From assembly GCF_018350175.1 (NCBI RefSeq), contig NC_058368.1:85934001-85998000 (forward strand): a DNA stretch of 64,000 nucleotides, given 5' to 3'. Position 1 is the first letter of the stretch. Every line of letters begins with the position of its first letter. This document shows, piece after piece, positions 37,649-51,910 of the stretch. The position numbers were made by a program, and so were the translations under genes. This DNA comes from Felis catus. Taxonomy: Eukaryota. Below the pieces are notes generated by a model. That model was not told the origin of the DNA, searched no databases, and saw nothing but the letters and a program-made list of their open reading frames with translations.

Positions 37649-39524
37649 TTTCACTTTCCTCAATTTAACAGCAGGAAAAAGTTTCTCAGATATTTGGTGT
37701 GTTTTGAAGAATTAAGGAGGGAAAAATGAGCTTGAAATGCCTTCTAAATGTAACTAATTACAAAAATGATCAAGAAAAACTTTCTCACTCTTGTTATAAA
37801 CTAATAATAATAGTAATAGTTATAATAATAAGTGTACCTCTTTTCAAGAATAAATAACTAAAAGTGTTCTCACTTATGATAACTCACTCAAACCCTCCAC
37901 AGTTCCCCCACAATGTGTATTTTCCCTTAATGCAGTGAGTGATATACCCAACTCACTCAATTACAGGTGTTTTCCTGATAACCTTTAGCTAGAGGGCATT
38001 GATAAATGCTAAAGGGAAAAGACATCTATCATATGGATGCACCCTTCCACCAACATTAAACTGTCCTAAAGAATAATATCAAGAAAATGGAAAATTCAGG
38101 GCAAAGGGGAAATTCATGACAAAAATAATTCACCAAAAATAACTACTCAATTACAGAAGACATGACATAATTTCATTGTGCTGAAAGGCCAGATATTCTT
38201 TAATTAAAAATAAGAAAATGAGGAAGGAATAAATGACAGAGTTGTAGGTCGACTCCTCTAAGCCTGCCTAGTCCTTCAAACACAGCTAGACAAATAACAA
38301 ATCATTCTGGACATCCAATAAATCAATATGAAGACTGAGAGAACAAGCCTTCACATCTACAGGTAAAAGATGACCACCTCTTGGAAGGTAAGAGCTGCAG
38401 AGAGTTGATATGGGGAGAAAATAAATGTGAGTGCTCCAAAAGGGAGGTATCCTTGATTATAGAGAGAGGAGTGAGGTAGTAAGCAAGAGAGAGAAAAACA
38501 AAGAGTGAACAAGCAGGTAGGGGATTGCTCAGGGAAATCTCTTCCCATAATCCATTGACTGGGAAAAGGAGAGGGGCTGACAATTGCAAGGTATAATAAG
38601 CAGCAGAACACAAAGTCTGCAGTTTTAGAAGTGCATGCCATTGCCCAGGGTCATGCCTGGTGGGCTTTGCTGTGTTCCTCTAGGGAAGAAGATTAGAGAC
38701 CTGGGACTGGGCAGTATGGTTTGAGATCACTTGAGAGAAACAGTTTCTCTTTTTGGAGGGCATTTTGGAGTGGTGTCACAGCCTCTCTTGGCCAAAAGAA
38801 CTGATGGTGCCAATGTATTACCTTGTTCATTAGAATAGAGACAGAGACAACAGCTGAGAACAACAAACTTGGTGTTGGATTTTTGCTTGCCATAAACTCT
38901 GAACCATTGTGCAGTTGTGCAAGTGCTATTCGGTGACAAACCAGCAAATTGCAAAAGCACAGTGAGACCCTCCATCGGAGCAGTGCAAGTTCATGCTGGG
39001 TGGGTCCATAAAATTTGGTTTTGAAACCCAGCGACATGCCTGAAATGTGACACAGAAGTACTGTGCCTCCTGACAGACAGACAGCTCAGACACAGACAAG
39101 GTGAAGGCAGGGATCTTACAGACTCTGGGGATACAAGACTGGTGATGACTATTCTGTGAGGACTTCCTGAAGAGTAGTAGTTGCAAATTACCCACTCCAG
39201 GGAGAATAAAGTGGGGGCTGGTCCCTCCCCTACCCCCACCTCCCCCAACTCCCCCACCTCCCCCAACTCCCCCACCCCCCCACTCCCACTCATCAGACTG
39301 ACCAACTTCAGTGAGCAACACTACATCCCAAAGTGGAGACCAGAGCTGTTTACACCAAGCTCCTCTCTGCCCCCTGCAGGTGCATCTCCAGTAGAGCACA
39401 TACACCTGAAATTCAGTGATGCAAGACCCTCCTCAAAAGTCCAGCACAAACCCCTCACACCAAATCTACTGATCAAAGAATGCTCCAAAACTTCAGTGTA
39501 GGGGCAGTAGGATATATCTTCTAC

Positions 39525-39682
39525 TTATTTTATTTTATTTTATTTTATTTATTTGTTTTGTTTTGTTTTGTTTTGTTTTATTCCATTCCATTCCATCCTA
39601 TTCAATTCCATGTTATTCTATTCTATTCTATTCTATTCTATTCTATTCCATTCCATTCCATTCTATAGTATTCTATTCTATT
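39525..39682. repeat. Compound pentanucleotide microsatellite (TTTTA/TTTTG/ATTCC/ATTCT)n
   Basis: Direct reading. Confidence 0.9.
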
Positions 39683-39919
39683 TTGGTCTAGTTTCTTTTA
39701 AAAAGTAGACGAAGATACATAGTTAAAACTTGCCACACAATGGATAGTGGCCAAACACCCTCCCCCTGCAGGCAAGGAGAAACTCTTCAGAACACTGATT
39801 GAAGGTGTGGCAAAACAAAACAAAACAGCGGAGTACATATAGAAGCCCCTTTCTTTTATGGACCTCTTCTTAATGTAGCCTTACTCTCAGGACCAGGACT
39901 GACAGGCTTCCCTAACAAT

Positions 39920-39953
39920 CACACAGACACACACAGACACACACACAGACACA

Positions 39954-39988
<35 letters not shown>
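39920..39988. repeat. (CA)n microsatellite, interrupted
   Basis: Direct reading. Confidence 0.92.
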
Positions 39989-39991
<3 letters not shown>

Positions 39992-40502
39992 GAAAACAAA
40001 ACAAACAACAACAACAAAAAAAAACCAATGATCTAGACAAAATGAAAGGATGGAAGAATTCACCTCAAAAGAAACAACAGGAAGAAGTGATGGTCAGTGA
40101 CTTAATAAATACAGATGTAAGCATGATGTCTGAAACAGAATAAAAAAAATCTAAGAAAATGAGCTGTGCTTGAAAAACAGTAGAAAAAACTACATAATCC
40201 CTTACATCAGAGATAAAAGAACTAAAAACTGGTGAACCTGAAATTAAAAATGTTATAACTGAAATGCAAACTTTATTGGATGGCATGACAGCACGGATGG
40301 TTGAAGCAGAAAAATAAATCAATGATATAGAAGATAAAATTATGGAGAATAATGAAGCTGAAAAGAAAGGAAGAATGGTATTGTATCAAAAGGTAAATTA
40401 GCAAACTCAGTGATTACTTAAAGTGTAATAAAATTTCTGTGATGGTAGTTCTAGAAGAAGAAGAGAAAAAAATGGGGCGGGTTTGTTCCACTACCAGCAT
40501 GT

Positions 40503-40707
40503 TTTTTTTTCAAATATCTGTTTATTTTTGAGAAAAACAGAGCATGAGTGAAAAAGAGGCAGAGAGAGGGAGACACAAAATCCAAAGCAGTCTCCAGGCT
40601 CTGAGCCAGCAGCACAGAACCTGATGTGGGGCTCAAACTCATGAATAGTGATATCATGACCTGAGCTGAACTCGGATGCTTAACCAACTAAGCCATCCAG
40701 GCGTCCC
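40503..40707 (-). mobile_element. CanSINE
   Basis: SINE consensus ending ...GCCATCCAGGCGTCCC. Confidence 0.92.
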
Positions 40708-40709
40708 AA

Positions 40710-40879
40710 CTATTTGTGTCTTTTGTGGTTCCATACATATTTTATAATTGTTTGATCTAGGTTTGCCAATAATTGTGGTGTTATTTTGATTGGTGTTGCA
40801 TTATATGTGTAGATTGCTTTGGGTAATGTAGACATTTTAACAATAATTATTCTTGCAATCCATGAGCATGGAATGCTTT

Positions 40880-40965
<86 letters not shown>

Positions 40966-41110
40966 CCTTTCTTTCTTTTTTTTTCCTCTTCAATTTCTTT
41001 CATAAGCTTTCTATAGTTTTCTGAGTCTAATTATTTCACTTCTTTAGTTATGTTTATTCCTAGTATCTTATGGTTTTTGGAGAAATTGTACGTGGAAATG
41101 ATTCTTTGAC
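40710..41110 (-). mobile_element. LINE-1 ORF2 fragment with internal (TTTC)n expansion at ~40877-40965
   Basis: Peptide IPCSWIARIIIVKMSTLPKAIYTYNATPIKI. Confidence 0.88.
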
Positions 41111-42429
41111 AGGTATTTTCCTCAATGTGGGAATAAAGTGAAAATTGCCAAAAGAAGCCTAAATAAGGGGCAAGAATAAAGATGGGGAATTTGTTGGGTG
41201 GAAATTCTGATATCATCAGTGTTAAATCCTCTGGTTGCCCAATCACTTTGCTTCTATGGCAAAATGAGAACTCTGGAAAGCAGCTCTAGTGTCTTGTTCT
41301 GGATTCATGAACTGTGAGACAACTGAAGATCTTAGGCAATACTGATAACAGAAGGGTTATCAGAGCAAATTATAAGTTGTGTTTTCTGGGATAAATTACC
41401 TGGGTGTTTCTTTCAGAAATATTCTGGAGGTCATTTTTCATCTCTTCTTACATCCAAATAACACAAAAGCTCTAATTGCAGCTGAGAGCCACAAAGGAAA
41501 GAAAATCAGTGCTTGAGCATCAGTCACTGAGGCTGATTCCTGATGTTGAAGCCTGGAGGTCATTTTCCTTAGGAATATACGAACAAACACTTATCTTGGA
41601 AGTTAAGAATTTTAAGGACAACTGAAGCTGTTGGGGAGATGGGTGGATGAGCAAAACTGATGGGCTGGAGCAAATATACACTTTGGACTTCGAAATACAG
41701 CCTGAGAAAGATGCCACAAGTGAAGAAAGGAAAAAAAAAATAATGAGAGGAAATCTAAACAGCTTTCAAGGATTGAGGGTCATTAAGAGAACTGAGGAAG
41801 AAGGGAAGTGTCAGGTGGTTATCCTGTGGAGAGACGTGCGAGAGGGTGCTGCCACCCCTTTAAGGTCTGGGTGGCTCATTATGGCCATGTTCCCAAGAAG
41901 TCAGCTAAGGGACAGTAAATCTGTCATTTCCAGATGGAAAAGATACATAGTTCTATCAGTCTCTGATTGGAGGGTCCCTCTATCCTTCTGTGGTCCCACC
42001 ATAACTCCATTCCCATAGAGGCAACTATACTGAAAAGGGGGAGAACACAAATATTTTGAGACTTTGGACAATGGGTTATAGACATATCTCCATCTGGTTT
42101 TTACCCTAAACAGAAAATGCAGCTCTTTGGTGTATAGCACAAAATGCAGCCCACACTAAGGATTGCTCATTGTGATTCCTGGTAATGGCTTCTATGAGGA
42201 TATATAATGCTCACTACATGACTGGTCTCAAGGAGGACAAAGTGCTGGCTCTCATTCCCTCTACCTTAGCAAGATCGGCAGACACCCAAGGACCAAGGGA
42301 CGGTTGCAAAGCATCAGGTGAAATAGAACACATTTTAATAAATGATGATCAGGGAAGTAGGTATTCACATGGAAAATTTTTCAATGACTTCTTACTTCAT
42401 ATCACAAACAAATGTCAATTTTAAGTGTA

Positions 42430-43345
42430 TTTTAATCTTACATATAAAAAATATACAGAATTTACCAAATAACATAAGTCACTATTGTTATACTCTTAGG
42501 GAATATTTAAAATAAGACACAAAATCTGCTGACACTAAAATAAATGGATGATTTTTACTATATTAAAATATGTCAATATGGGTCACTTGGCTGGCTCAGT
42601 GGGTTAAGGTTCTGACTTTGGCTCGGTAATGATCTCATGGTTTGTGAATTCAAGCCCCATGTCATGCTCTGTGCTGACAACTCAGAGCCTGAGCCTGTTT
42701 TGGATTCTGTATCTCCCTCTCTCTCTGCCCCTACCATGCACATACTCTCTCTCTCTCCTTCAAAAATAAACAAACATTTTTAAAAAATTTTAAAAAGTAA
42801 GCCAATTATATTAATGAAAAAAAAACCATAAAGAGGATGAAAGAAGCCTGAAAATGAGAAAGAGTATTTTCAACCTGTATGAAGAAAAATATGTTAAAAA
42901 AAGGGAAAAAAACTCAAGAAAGAGTTAATCCAGATATCTAATAAATAAATTAACATATATTCAACCTTTTGTCCATAGGAAAATGCATATTAAAACCAGT
43001 TAGATTTCTTCCTATAACCAACATGTTTCCATATACTAAACATTCAGAGAATAACACGTATTTGTGAGGGAAAGAAACAAAAGAAAATTATATAATGTCC
43101 TCATGTGAATATAATTTTTATACTAATTTTGGAAAATGTTTTGGCATTATCCAACTGAGGAAGCACTCTATGACCCAACAATTAAACTTTTAAATGCAAA
43201 AGGTAAGTAATTGCATTTTTAAAGGCAATGAGAAACAAGTATATAGATGTCTATAAAATATTGTTTAAAGTATCCTAAGTGATAAAAATTCTAGTGTCCA
43301 TCAAAATATGGATGGATTGAATAAATTTGCATATATTTATAAAGT
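42430..43345 (+). mobile_element. Ancient L1 3' remnants with a CanSINE at 42580-42797
   Basis: Decayed L1 motifs (GAAAATGCATATTAAAACC, TATGACCCAACAATT); SINE head GGGTCACTTGGCTGGCTCAGT. Confidence 0.65.
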
Positions 43346-43359
43346 GTAAAATTTAGGAA

Positions 43360-46124
43360 TGTGGTGCAAGACGGTGGAGTAGCATGGATGCTCTTAGCTT
43401 GTCTCTGTCCCTAAAGACACAACTAGATCAGCACACCTCGGAAATTGTTCTGAGGCTTTTGCACACCTTGAAAATTGATCTGAGGATTGACACAACAATC
43501 TGCAACACTTGAGCCACAGAAATCGGCAGGTAAGTGGTGCAGAGAGGTAAACGGGGGGGGGGGGGGAGAGAAATCCTCAGAGGGTAGGGAGTTGTTTTTG
43601 TGGAGAGACAACAGGAAAAGAGAAATGGGGGAGAGTGTGGCACATTGGGGTAGAGTGCAGAAAAAGCACTCTCCCTGAAAGCAGCTGGAAAGAAAGCTAA
43701 AGAGTGAAAACACTTATAAGGGACTGAACAATAATATGTTCCTCAAAGCCATTGATGGGAAGAAAGGAGAGGGATTAAATACCACTAAGATTCTATGAAT
43801 AGTGGAGCACAGAGTCTGAAGTTCTGGAGCCCAGTGGCTGGTGGCATTCTGGTGAAGGAAAAGGGCAAATCCCCAGGAACAGGAAGCAGGTTCCAAGGGT
43901 TGCATGTGTCACACAGGGAAAAGTGGTTCTCCCTGCATGGAGAGCATTTGGTAGAGGCCATCTAGCCTCCCCACAGGCAAAGTTCCCAGTGGACCTCAGA
44001 AGGCATCCACATTTGCTGCAATTGGGACCAAGATGTCAAGAGTGAGGTGAAATCTGGCATGAGATATGTGTTGTGATTTACGACAATCCCTGAACCTCTG
44101 GCACCGCCCCTTCCAAGCACATCCTCTAGAACACATCACAAGTCCACCAACCTGCTTAGTATAGAGACTATAGAGTACTTCATAGTACTGGGAAACTGGA
44201 TGTAACTTCATTTCAGGTTTCATTCTGTTAGATGGTTCATTTATTCAGGTTTCTGTTTGTTTTGTTTGTTTTTGCTTTGTTTTGTTTGTTTGTTTGCTTC
44301 TTTCTATGATAAAATGGATTTCTCCTTTTTTTCCCATTCCTTTTCTTGGATACAGATAGAGAAAAAATATTTTATTTTTTTAATCTGTGTTTTTTTTTAT
44401 TTTTTTTTAAATAATTTTCTTACTGGGGTGCCTAGGTGGCTTGGTCAGTTGGGCGTCCAACTTCAGCTCAGGTTGTGTTCTCATGGTTTGTGAGTTTGAG
44501 CCCTGCATCAGACTGTGTGCTGACAGCTTGGAGCCTGGAGCTTGCTTCAGATTCTGTGTCTTCTTCTCTTTCTGCCCCTCCCCAATTTGTACTCTGTCTC
44601 TCTATGTCTCTCAAATAAATAAATAAATAAATGTGAAAAAAAATAATTTTTGTACTTTTTTCTGTATTTTTTAATTCTATTTCAATTTACTTAATTTCAT
44701 TATATTTTATTATATACTTTTTTAATTTATAAAATTTATCTTTCCTTTTCTTTTCTTTCTGTAATTTTCCTTTTTTCTTTATTCTATCTAACATCCTTCA
44801 GCAAGCAGACCAAAACACACAAATGATCTATTTTCCTTTACTTGAGTTTTGTTTTGTTTTGTTTTAACTTTTACGTTTCATTTTATAAATTTTGTCTTCT
44901 TCCAAAATGACAAAATGAAGGAATTCACCCCAAAAGAAAGAACACAAAGAAATGACAGGAGGTTAAATAACATAGATACAAGCAAGATGTTTGAACTAGA
45001 ATTTAAAACCACGATTATAAAAATATAAGCAGAGGTTCTAAAAGCATAGAATCCCTTTCTGTGGAGATAAAAGAAGTAAAATCTATTCAGGATGAAATTA
45101 AAAATGCTATAACTGAGATGTAGTCTCAAATGGATGCCACAGCAGCAAGGATGGATGAACCAGAGCAGTGAATCAGTGACATAAAAGACAAACTTAGGGA
45201 GAATAAGGAAGAAGAAAAAAAGAGATAAACAAAGTTAAAAGAGCATGATACAAGACTTAGATAACTCCGTAACTTATTAAAAAGTAATAACATCCAAATG
45301 AATAAAGTTTTAAAAAATAAAAAAATTAATAACAAAAAAAAAAAAAAAGAAGGGGCACCTGTGTGGCTCAGTCAGTTAAGAGTTCAACTTCGGCTCAGGT
45401 CATGATCTCCCAGTTCATGCATTCGAGCCCCACTTTGGACTCTGTGCTGAAAGCTTGAAGCCTGGATCCTGCTTCAGATTGTGTCTCCCTATCTCTCTGT
45501 TCCTGCCCCACTCACAATCTCTTTCTCTCTGTCTCATAAATAAATATTAAAACAAACAAACAAATAACATCCGAATCACAGGAGTCCCAGAAGATGAAGG
45601 GAGAGAAAGAAGAGCAGAAGGTTTATGTGAAAAAATTATAATGGAAAACTTTCCTAACCTGGGGAAGGACACAGACATCAAAATCCAAGAAGTTGAGAGA
45701 ACTCCCAGTAGAATCCACAAAAACTGACCATTAGCAAGGCATGGCATAGTCAAATTCACAAAACACACAGACAAGGAAAGAATTAAGAAAGCATCAAGAC
45801 AAAAACAGAAGTTCTTAATCTATAAGGGAGTCCAATCAGGTGTGCAGCAGACTTAACTACAGAAACTTGACAAGCCAGAAAGTATTGGATAGATATAATC
45901 AACCTGCTGAAATAGATAAAAAAAAAAATGCAGCCAAGAATTCTTAACCCAGCAAAGTTTTTATTCAAAAGAGGAAAAGAGATAGTTACCCCAGACAAAC
46001 AAAAACTAAAGGAAGTTGTGACCACTAAACCACCCTTGAAAGAAACTTAAAGGGGGATTCTTTTAGTTGAGAAAAGATGAAACAAAACAAAAAAGACCAA
46101 AAACAACAAAGACTAGAAAGGACC
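43360..46124 (+). mobile_element. LINE-1 5'UTR and decayed ORF1, interrupted by CanSINEs (44425-44643, 45352-45550) and ending at the ERV LTR
   Basis: CAAGACGGTGGAGTAG 5' motif; ORF1 motifs (GAAAACTTTCCTAACCTGGGGAAGG, CAGCCAAGAATTCTT). Confidence 0.88.
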
Positions 46125-46522
46125 TGTTGCAGCCGTATGGCCAGAGTCACAAAAGATGAGTCTGCAAACAAAGTGCAGTCCTCATACTCGAGTTGGAATG
46201 AGGCCCTGACTCTAGAATGAAGCTTCTTTTTATTAGGATAATTGCTAAAGACTATGTGCATAAAGTCAACTAAGCAAGTGTGTTAATCAGTCTAGTGGTT
46301 TAGTTTTTCAAGATTGAATTTCGAGTTAATTGGTTTCTATAACACAGGGAAGGGTCAGGTGTGAAGAAGGATCTGGCCCTGGACAATGTTAATGGCTCTA
46401 GGTGTTCCTTAAGATCCTCAGCAGTGTTCAGCTGTGTAAACATGTCCTAAGGCCTTTCACATTCTCTAGCCCTTCCCTTTTGAGGTCTTTTCTTTTGATG
46501 CTTCTCTCCTGCATCTCCCACA
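46125..46522 (-). repeat. 3' LTR (398 bp)
   Basis: Minus strand TGTGGGAGA...GCAACA, preceded by the polypurine tract GAAAGAAAAAGGGAGAGA (46523-46540); contains AATAAA; homologous to 53708-53912. Confidence 0.92.
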
Positions 46523-46544
46523 TCTCTCCCTTTTTCTTTCATTT

Positions 46545-48433
46545 GGTAAAGCTGGAGGGCAAAAACAGAGGCTCCTGAGGCATATTCTTAGCTTCATTGC
46601 CATCCTGTTCTCCAGACTAGGTATATGCAAAGTAATAAGACAAAGATTAATATAAAAATACCAATTGCAGAAACGCTTAAGGGTTTTATATAATTCATTG
46701 GATTCAATTCTGAGATTTGATTAGTTGTCTCAGATAGAGGAGCACCAGAAGTCATCTCAAGTTTATTTTTGAATGTTTCATAGATGTCCTTTTGCAATTG
46801 AGCTATATCAGCAGAGGTGTTGCCTTGATTAAGAAGGTGTCGATGCACAGGTCTCATGATATCTTGGACTGATTATATACATGGGGGGGGTGACACAAAA
46901 GGTGGTTATGTTCCAATCACATTGAAGTTTTACCTGTTGTTGTAAACTAATCAACTGATCTCCTAGAAAAAGAAGAGCTTGTTGTAAATCAGATAATTGG
47001 CTCTCTATTTGACTATCAATTAGCCATTGGCTGTTTCACAGCCTTTCTGACTCTTGCTGCCAGTTTTGTACTATGTGAGTGGTTTGTATAGTCTGATGAA
47101 GCACAAAGCCAGCTGTTGCTGCTGTAGCTGTAATAGCTATAACCCAAGTACAGCAGTTACCAGTAAAGCTACAAGCTGTTGGGTGCAATGTAAGACAGGT
47201 TTCAATATTTCATTTATTGGAAACATCTCAGGGGAGTGTTGCCAAGACCGATCCATGATTATAGGCATCCAAACCCCATTACATGCCTTAAGGATATATA
47301 AGTTTTGTTTTTCCTAGTTAAAAGAGATAGTAGAGTTGAGGCAAGTATAAAAGGAACAATTATGGCAAGTAAGAAGATTGTTATCAGGGTCCCAATGAGG
47401 CATACCTAACACAAACAGAAAAGGAAGTCTGAAACATGCTTGAATTTTATGAGTTTCATTTAATCTAAAAGAGATGGATAATTTATTTGAAACATTCATT
47501 AAGTAGCCTTTCCAAGCAGCCATACTCAATAATCCAGTACCAATTTTCCAAAGTTCTGAATGAACTGGCTCATCAGGTAAACATGGTCTGGGGGAAGTCA
47601 TCCCTCCTTCCTGCCATCCAATGGGTTAAGATGTTACATCTGAAATCCTGTCATCTTGATATCAACACCATCAGAGCTCTTTTTTGGAGTATTTGGTCCA
47701 AGCAGAGCCTACAGAGGCCCAGTTAATAACGCTTTCTTTGGAAGTATTAAGAAGAACTCTACCAACCTCTCCTCTACAGATCTCCCAATTAACCCATTCC
47801 TCAGGATTTATGATCTTTCTTAATTGACATCGAGGCAATTTAGGAGGGTGATTGTATGTAATTCTTTGACTTCTCATGGAGATTCCCTATAGTAAATACA
47901 ATATAGAGACATTAGTCCCATTGGGTTTTTCTGTTATCCATGCCTGTGAACGAAATGTAACACACTGGTCACCTGTTCCAAAGCACCTACAGAATATTCA
48001 GGGATTACTTTTCCTTCTTCTTCTGGTTTAAGTGGGCCTCTATTATCATAAGGTCCAGGCAACCAGGGCGAATAATTTACATTAACTGGGAAGAGGGATC
48101 ATCCCATGTAATTAATCTATTAAAGAGGTGGATTTGGGATATAAGCCCAATATGTGTGATTGTCTTCAGTACTCAACGGTTAATGTAAGAACTGACATCA
48201 TGGCAATAAATAGAGTAGTAGAACTCTTAGGTGTTTCTGTTTTTTGCAGGATCTGTTCTGCTTCTTGAGTCATCTTCATCTGTCCCCATGATGGAGGTTT
48301 GGCTTTCGTTTTTTTTTGTTTTTTGTTTTTTTTTTTCTGTTCTTTTTATCTCCCATTCCAGGCTTAATTCTTCCATATCTTTCTCCAGTGGTCGAAAATT
48401 GTCGAATCTTTTTCTCTTTGCCCATTTGTTCAT
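46545..48433 (-). pseudogene. env: ERV env, betaretrovirus type, disrupted
   Basis: TM motif LGDQLISLQQQVKLQCDWNITTFCVT; membrane span IGIFILIFVLLLCIYLVW; SU-like LLTCHNCSFYTCLN. Confidence 0.85.
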
Positions 48434-48442
48434 ATCGTGGTT

Positions 48443-51190
48443 TTAATCACCGGGCTGGGAGCCAGATATCCCTGTTATCTGTGGATATAAGAACAAATCC
48501 TCGACCCCACAATTTAACATACCCAGGGCACCATTTGTTACTATCATTTTTCCAAAATATTGGTTGTGAAAGGGTCTGGTATTAGAGACTGTGTGATGTT
48601 TTTCAGCTGTGGTGATCTCTTGTTCACCTCTTAAATCCAAAAAATTAAGTGTAAAAAATGCTTTCATTAACTAACTCTTTGGATTCAAGGCCATATCCCC
48701 CTGTTTTTGTTTTTGTAACATGGTTTTTAATGTACGATTGATATGTTCAATAATGGCTTGACTTTGTGGATTATAAGGAATGCCTGTAGTATGATGAATG
48801 CTCCATTTTTGATAAAATATAAGAAAAGTGTGAGAACTATAAGCCAGACCATTGTCAGTTTTAAGATTCCAGGGGAGTCCTACCGTGGCAAATGCTTCTA
48901 AAAGATGTTGAATAACATGGCCATGTTTTTTGTTTGTTTTGTTTTTGTTTTTACTGACAAAGGTGTAGCCCATATAAAACCAGAATATGTATCTATTGAT
49001 ACATGTACATATGCAAGGAGACCGAATTGCAGAATATGAGTAACATCCATTTGCCATAAATCATTAGGCTGTTGACTTCTGGGATTAACCCCCTGAAAGT
49101 AGGGAGGAGTGACCATAGGCTTATAAATGGGGAAGTGTGTGATAATTTCTCTAGCTTGGTAAGGGGAATAGAAAAACATTTATTTAAGGCTTTAGCATTA
49201 AGATGAGTCAGACTTTGAAAATCTTGTGTTGTAATAACAGGAGCTGCCAATAAGGGATCTGCTGTAGCGTTTCTTTCTGTCAAGGAGCTGGGGAGGCCAG
49301 AATGAAATCATATATGAGTAATGCATATGGGATGGGATCAGTGTTGGAGACAATGATGGACCTGAAAAAATAAGTCAGACAATTCTGAGCCATCTGAATA
49401 AATATTAATGATTTCCAAATTTTCAATTATTTGTTTAGAATAGACTGAATCCGTTAAGATATTGACGGAGGAATGAACATCCTGAAGCAATAGAAATATG
49501 ACAATGAGTTCAACTTTTTGTATTGAGGTATGTGGGGATTTTATATATTTAGAAGTAGGACCATAATATGCAGAATAACCAGATTTGTTGGCATCTGTGA
49601 AATAATTAGGTTCATTTACAGGTACCGATTGTACAATTCGAGGCATGATGAAGGAGGTGGTTTTGAAAAATTCAATTAATCTGGATTTAGGATAATGGTT
49701 GTCTATATTATCTATATAATCTGCAACTCCAGGTTGCTGTGAAATGCATTGCCAATATGCCATGGATATTTTGCTTGAGACAGAGGTACTATAATTGTCT
49801 CAAGGCTGTTACTTCCTTAAGTCTTTCCTGACCCTTAAAAATTAACATTCCTATTTTGTCTAAACATGTAGATAATTTTTAAACGCTTTGTTGGAAAGAA
49901 ACATTCATTCTATGGGGTGCCTGGGTGGCTCAGTCAGTTAGGAGTCCAACTTCAGCTCAGGTCATGATCTCGCAGTCCATGAGTTTGAGCCCCGTTTCCG
50001 GCCATGTGCTGACAGCTTGGAGCCTGGAACCTGCTTCAGATTCTATGTCTTCCTCTCTCTCTGCCCCTCCCCCACTCATGGTCTGTTTCTCTCACTCTCA
50101 AAAATGAATACATGTTAAAAAAAAAAAGGAAGAAACATTCATTCTATGATTCCATTAACCTGCCAAAATACTCCTGTAGGAAAATGAGGTGACAATAAAA
50201 TTAAAAAGGAAACAGGTATTGAGGGGTTAACTCAAGTAAGCTGACTGGAAGCATTTTTTTATTCAATCCATTGTAATTCTTGGGATGCTTCAGGAGTTAA
50301 TTCTCTAGGGCTATTTAAATTGGAATACCCTTTAAGTACATCAAAAAGATGAGCCGGTTGATAAGTAGGTATGCCTAGAGTAGGAGGTAGCCTCTTAATG
50401 TCTCCTAATAATTTTTGGAAATCATTTAAAGTATGCAAGGTATCTCTATGAATTTGAACATTTTGAGGTATTATTGAATTTTGTACTAATTTTTGACCTA
50501 AATAGAAAAAGGGATCTTCAAATTGAATTTTGTTTTCTGCAATAATAAGGCCATATTTTGAGAGGGTTGCCTTAGCTGCTAAAAACAGTGCATGTAAATC
50601 ATGTCATTCAGGTAAATCTAATAGGATGTCATATATGTAATGGATAATCTTAGTATGAGGAATTTGAGATCATAAATATTTGAGAGGTTCTGCAACAAAA
50701 AGCTGACAAAGAGAGGGACTATTTAACATTTCTTGGGGTAAAACTCTCCATTGAAATCTGCTTTTGTGCTCATCATGATTAGTTACAGGAATGGAGAACG
50801 TAAATCTTTCTGAATCTTAGGGTTTAAGGGAATGGAGAAAAAAACAATCCTTACGATCAATGATTATAACTTTCTAATCTTGAGGGATAGCAGCAGGCAT
50901 CAGAAGGCCAGTATGTAGAGCCCCCATGGGTTGTATGATTTTATTTATGGCTCAGAGATCAGTCAGGAAATTTTCCATTTTCCAGATTTTTTTTTATAAC
51001 AAAAAACAGAATTCCAGGGACTAGTTGAAGTTTCAATATGTCCCTCTTCTAATTGTTCAGAAACTAAAGATTTTAAAGTTGCCAGTTTTTCTTGAGAAAG
51101 TGACTACTGCTCTCTTCATATGGGCTCATCAATAAGCCATTTTAAAGGCAGCACATATTTTTGTTCTTTGGCAGTGGCCACTAGGATAAA
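48443..51190 (-). pseudogene. pol: ERV pol (RT, RNase H, integrase), disrupted and interrupted by a SINE
   Basis: WRVLPQEMLNSPSLCQ; IIHYIYDILL (decayed YMDD box); YFTDANKSG; WQMDVTH; KTDNG; HTTGIPYNPQSQAIIE. Confidence 0.92.
49914..50129 (+). mobile_element. CanSINE inserted in ERV pol
   Basis: TSD AAGAAACATTCATTCTAT at 49896-49913 and 50130-50147. Confidence 0.96.
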
Positions 51191-51910
51191 TTTGGATATC
51201 CTGGCCCTGCGGCTTTATATTTGGGGAAAATATTGAGGGGTGTTTTAATGCCTTGTTGATTTTTATCTAATCCCTTCAGTGGGTCATATCCCATGGCACA
51301 CATTATATTTTTATTTTGAGTAGATGTGAATGGGATATTAATATATGCATCCCATTGTTGAAGTAAATCTCTACGCCATAGATTAATGGCAATGTTAGTC
51401 ACATAGGGTTTAAGAGTCGCTATCTGATCCTGGGGCCCTTTACATCTCATAATCTATTAACCTCTTTTTATTCCCCCCTAAGGAGCCAAGTCCTATAAAA
51501 ATTACAGGTATGTTTTCAACAGGCCACAAGGAAGGCTAAAACTTTTCAGATATGATGGTAACGTCAGCTGCTGTGTTTATTAATCTGATGAAAGATTTAT
51601 TATTAATTTTAAGATGTATTTTGGGGCAAGGATTTTTCAAAAAGTTCACCAATATAATTTTCCAGCATTGTCAAAACCTCCAGTTCTGATAACGGGATTG
51701 CTTTGGCCCTCTATATAAGGACGAATAAGTAATTGAGCAATTTTATCTCCTGGTTGAATAGTATAAGGATTATCAGCCGATACCATAACTTGAATTTCAT
51801 TTTCACAATCATAATCAAAAACATCAGTATGCATACGAATACCTTTAAGTGTAAGTCTACTCCGTCCAAAAATAAGGCCTATTGTGCATTTTCCCAAAGG
51901 CCCATATTTA
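51181..51910 (-). pseudogene. pro: ERV dUTPase-protease-G-patch, disrupted
   Basis: dUTPase motifs GLIFGRSR, PGDKIAQL and RTGGF; decayed protease site LINTAADVTII; INLWRRDLLQQW; G-patch-like MGYDPLKGLDKNQQG. Confidence 0.9.

Larger units (their letters stand above)
38215..40470 (+). mobile_element. Old LINE-1 5'UTR and decayed ORF1 5' part
   Basis: ORF1-start-like ATGAAAGGATGGAAGAATTCACCTCAAAAG at ~40042 and GAAATTAAAAATGTTATAACTGAAATGCAA; similar to the element at 43360-46124. Confidence 0.8.

Noticed and set aside
41120..42430. Apparently unique segment as possible Ig/TM exons of the second module
   Set aside because: I found no Ig cysteine/tryptophan motifs or convincing exon boundaries by eye.
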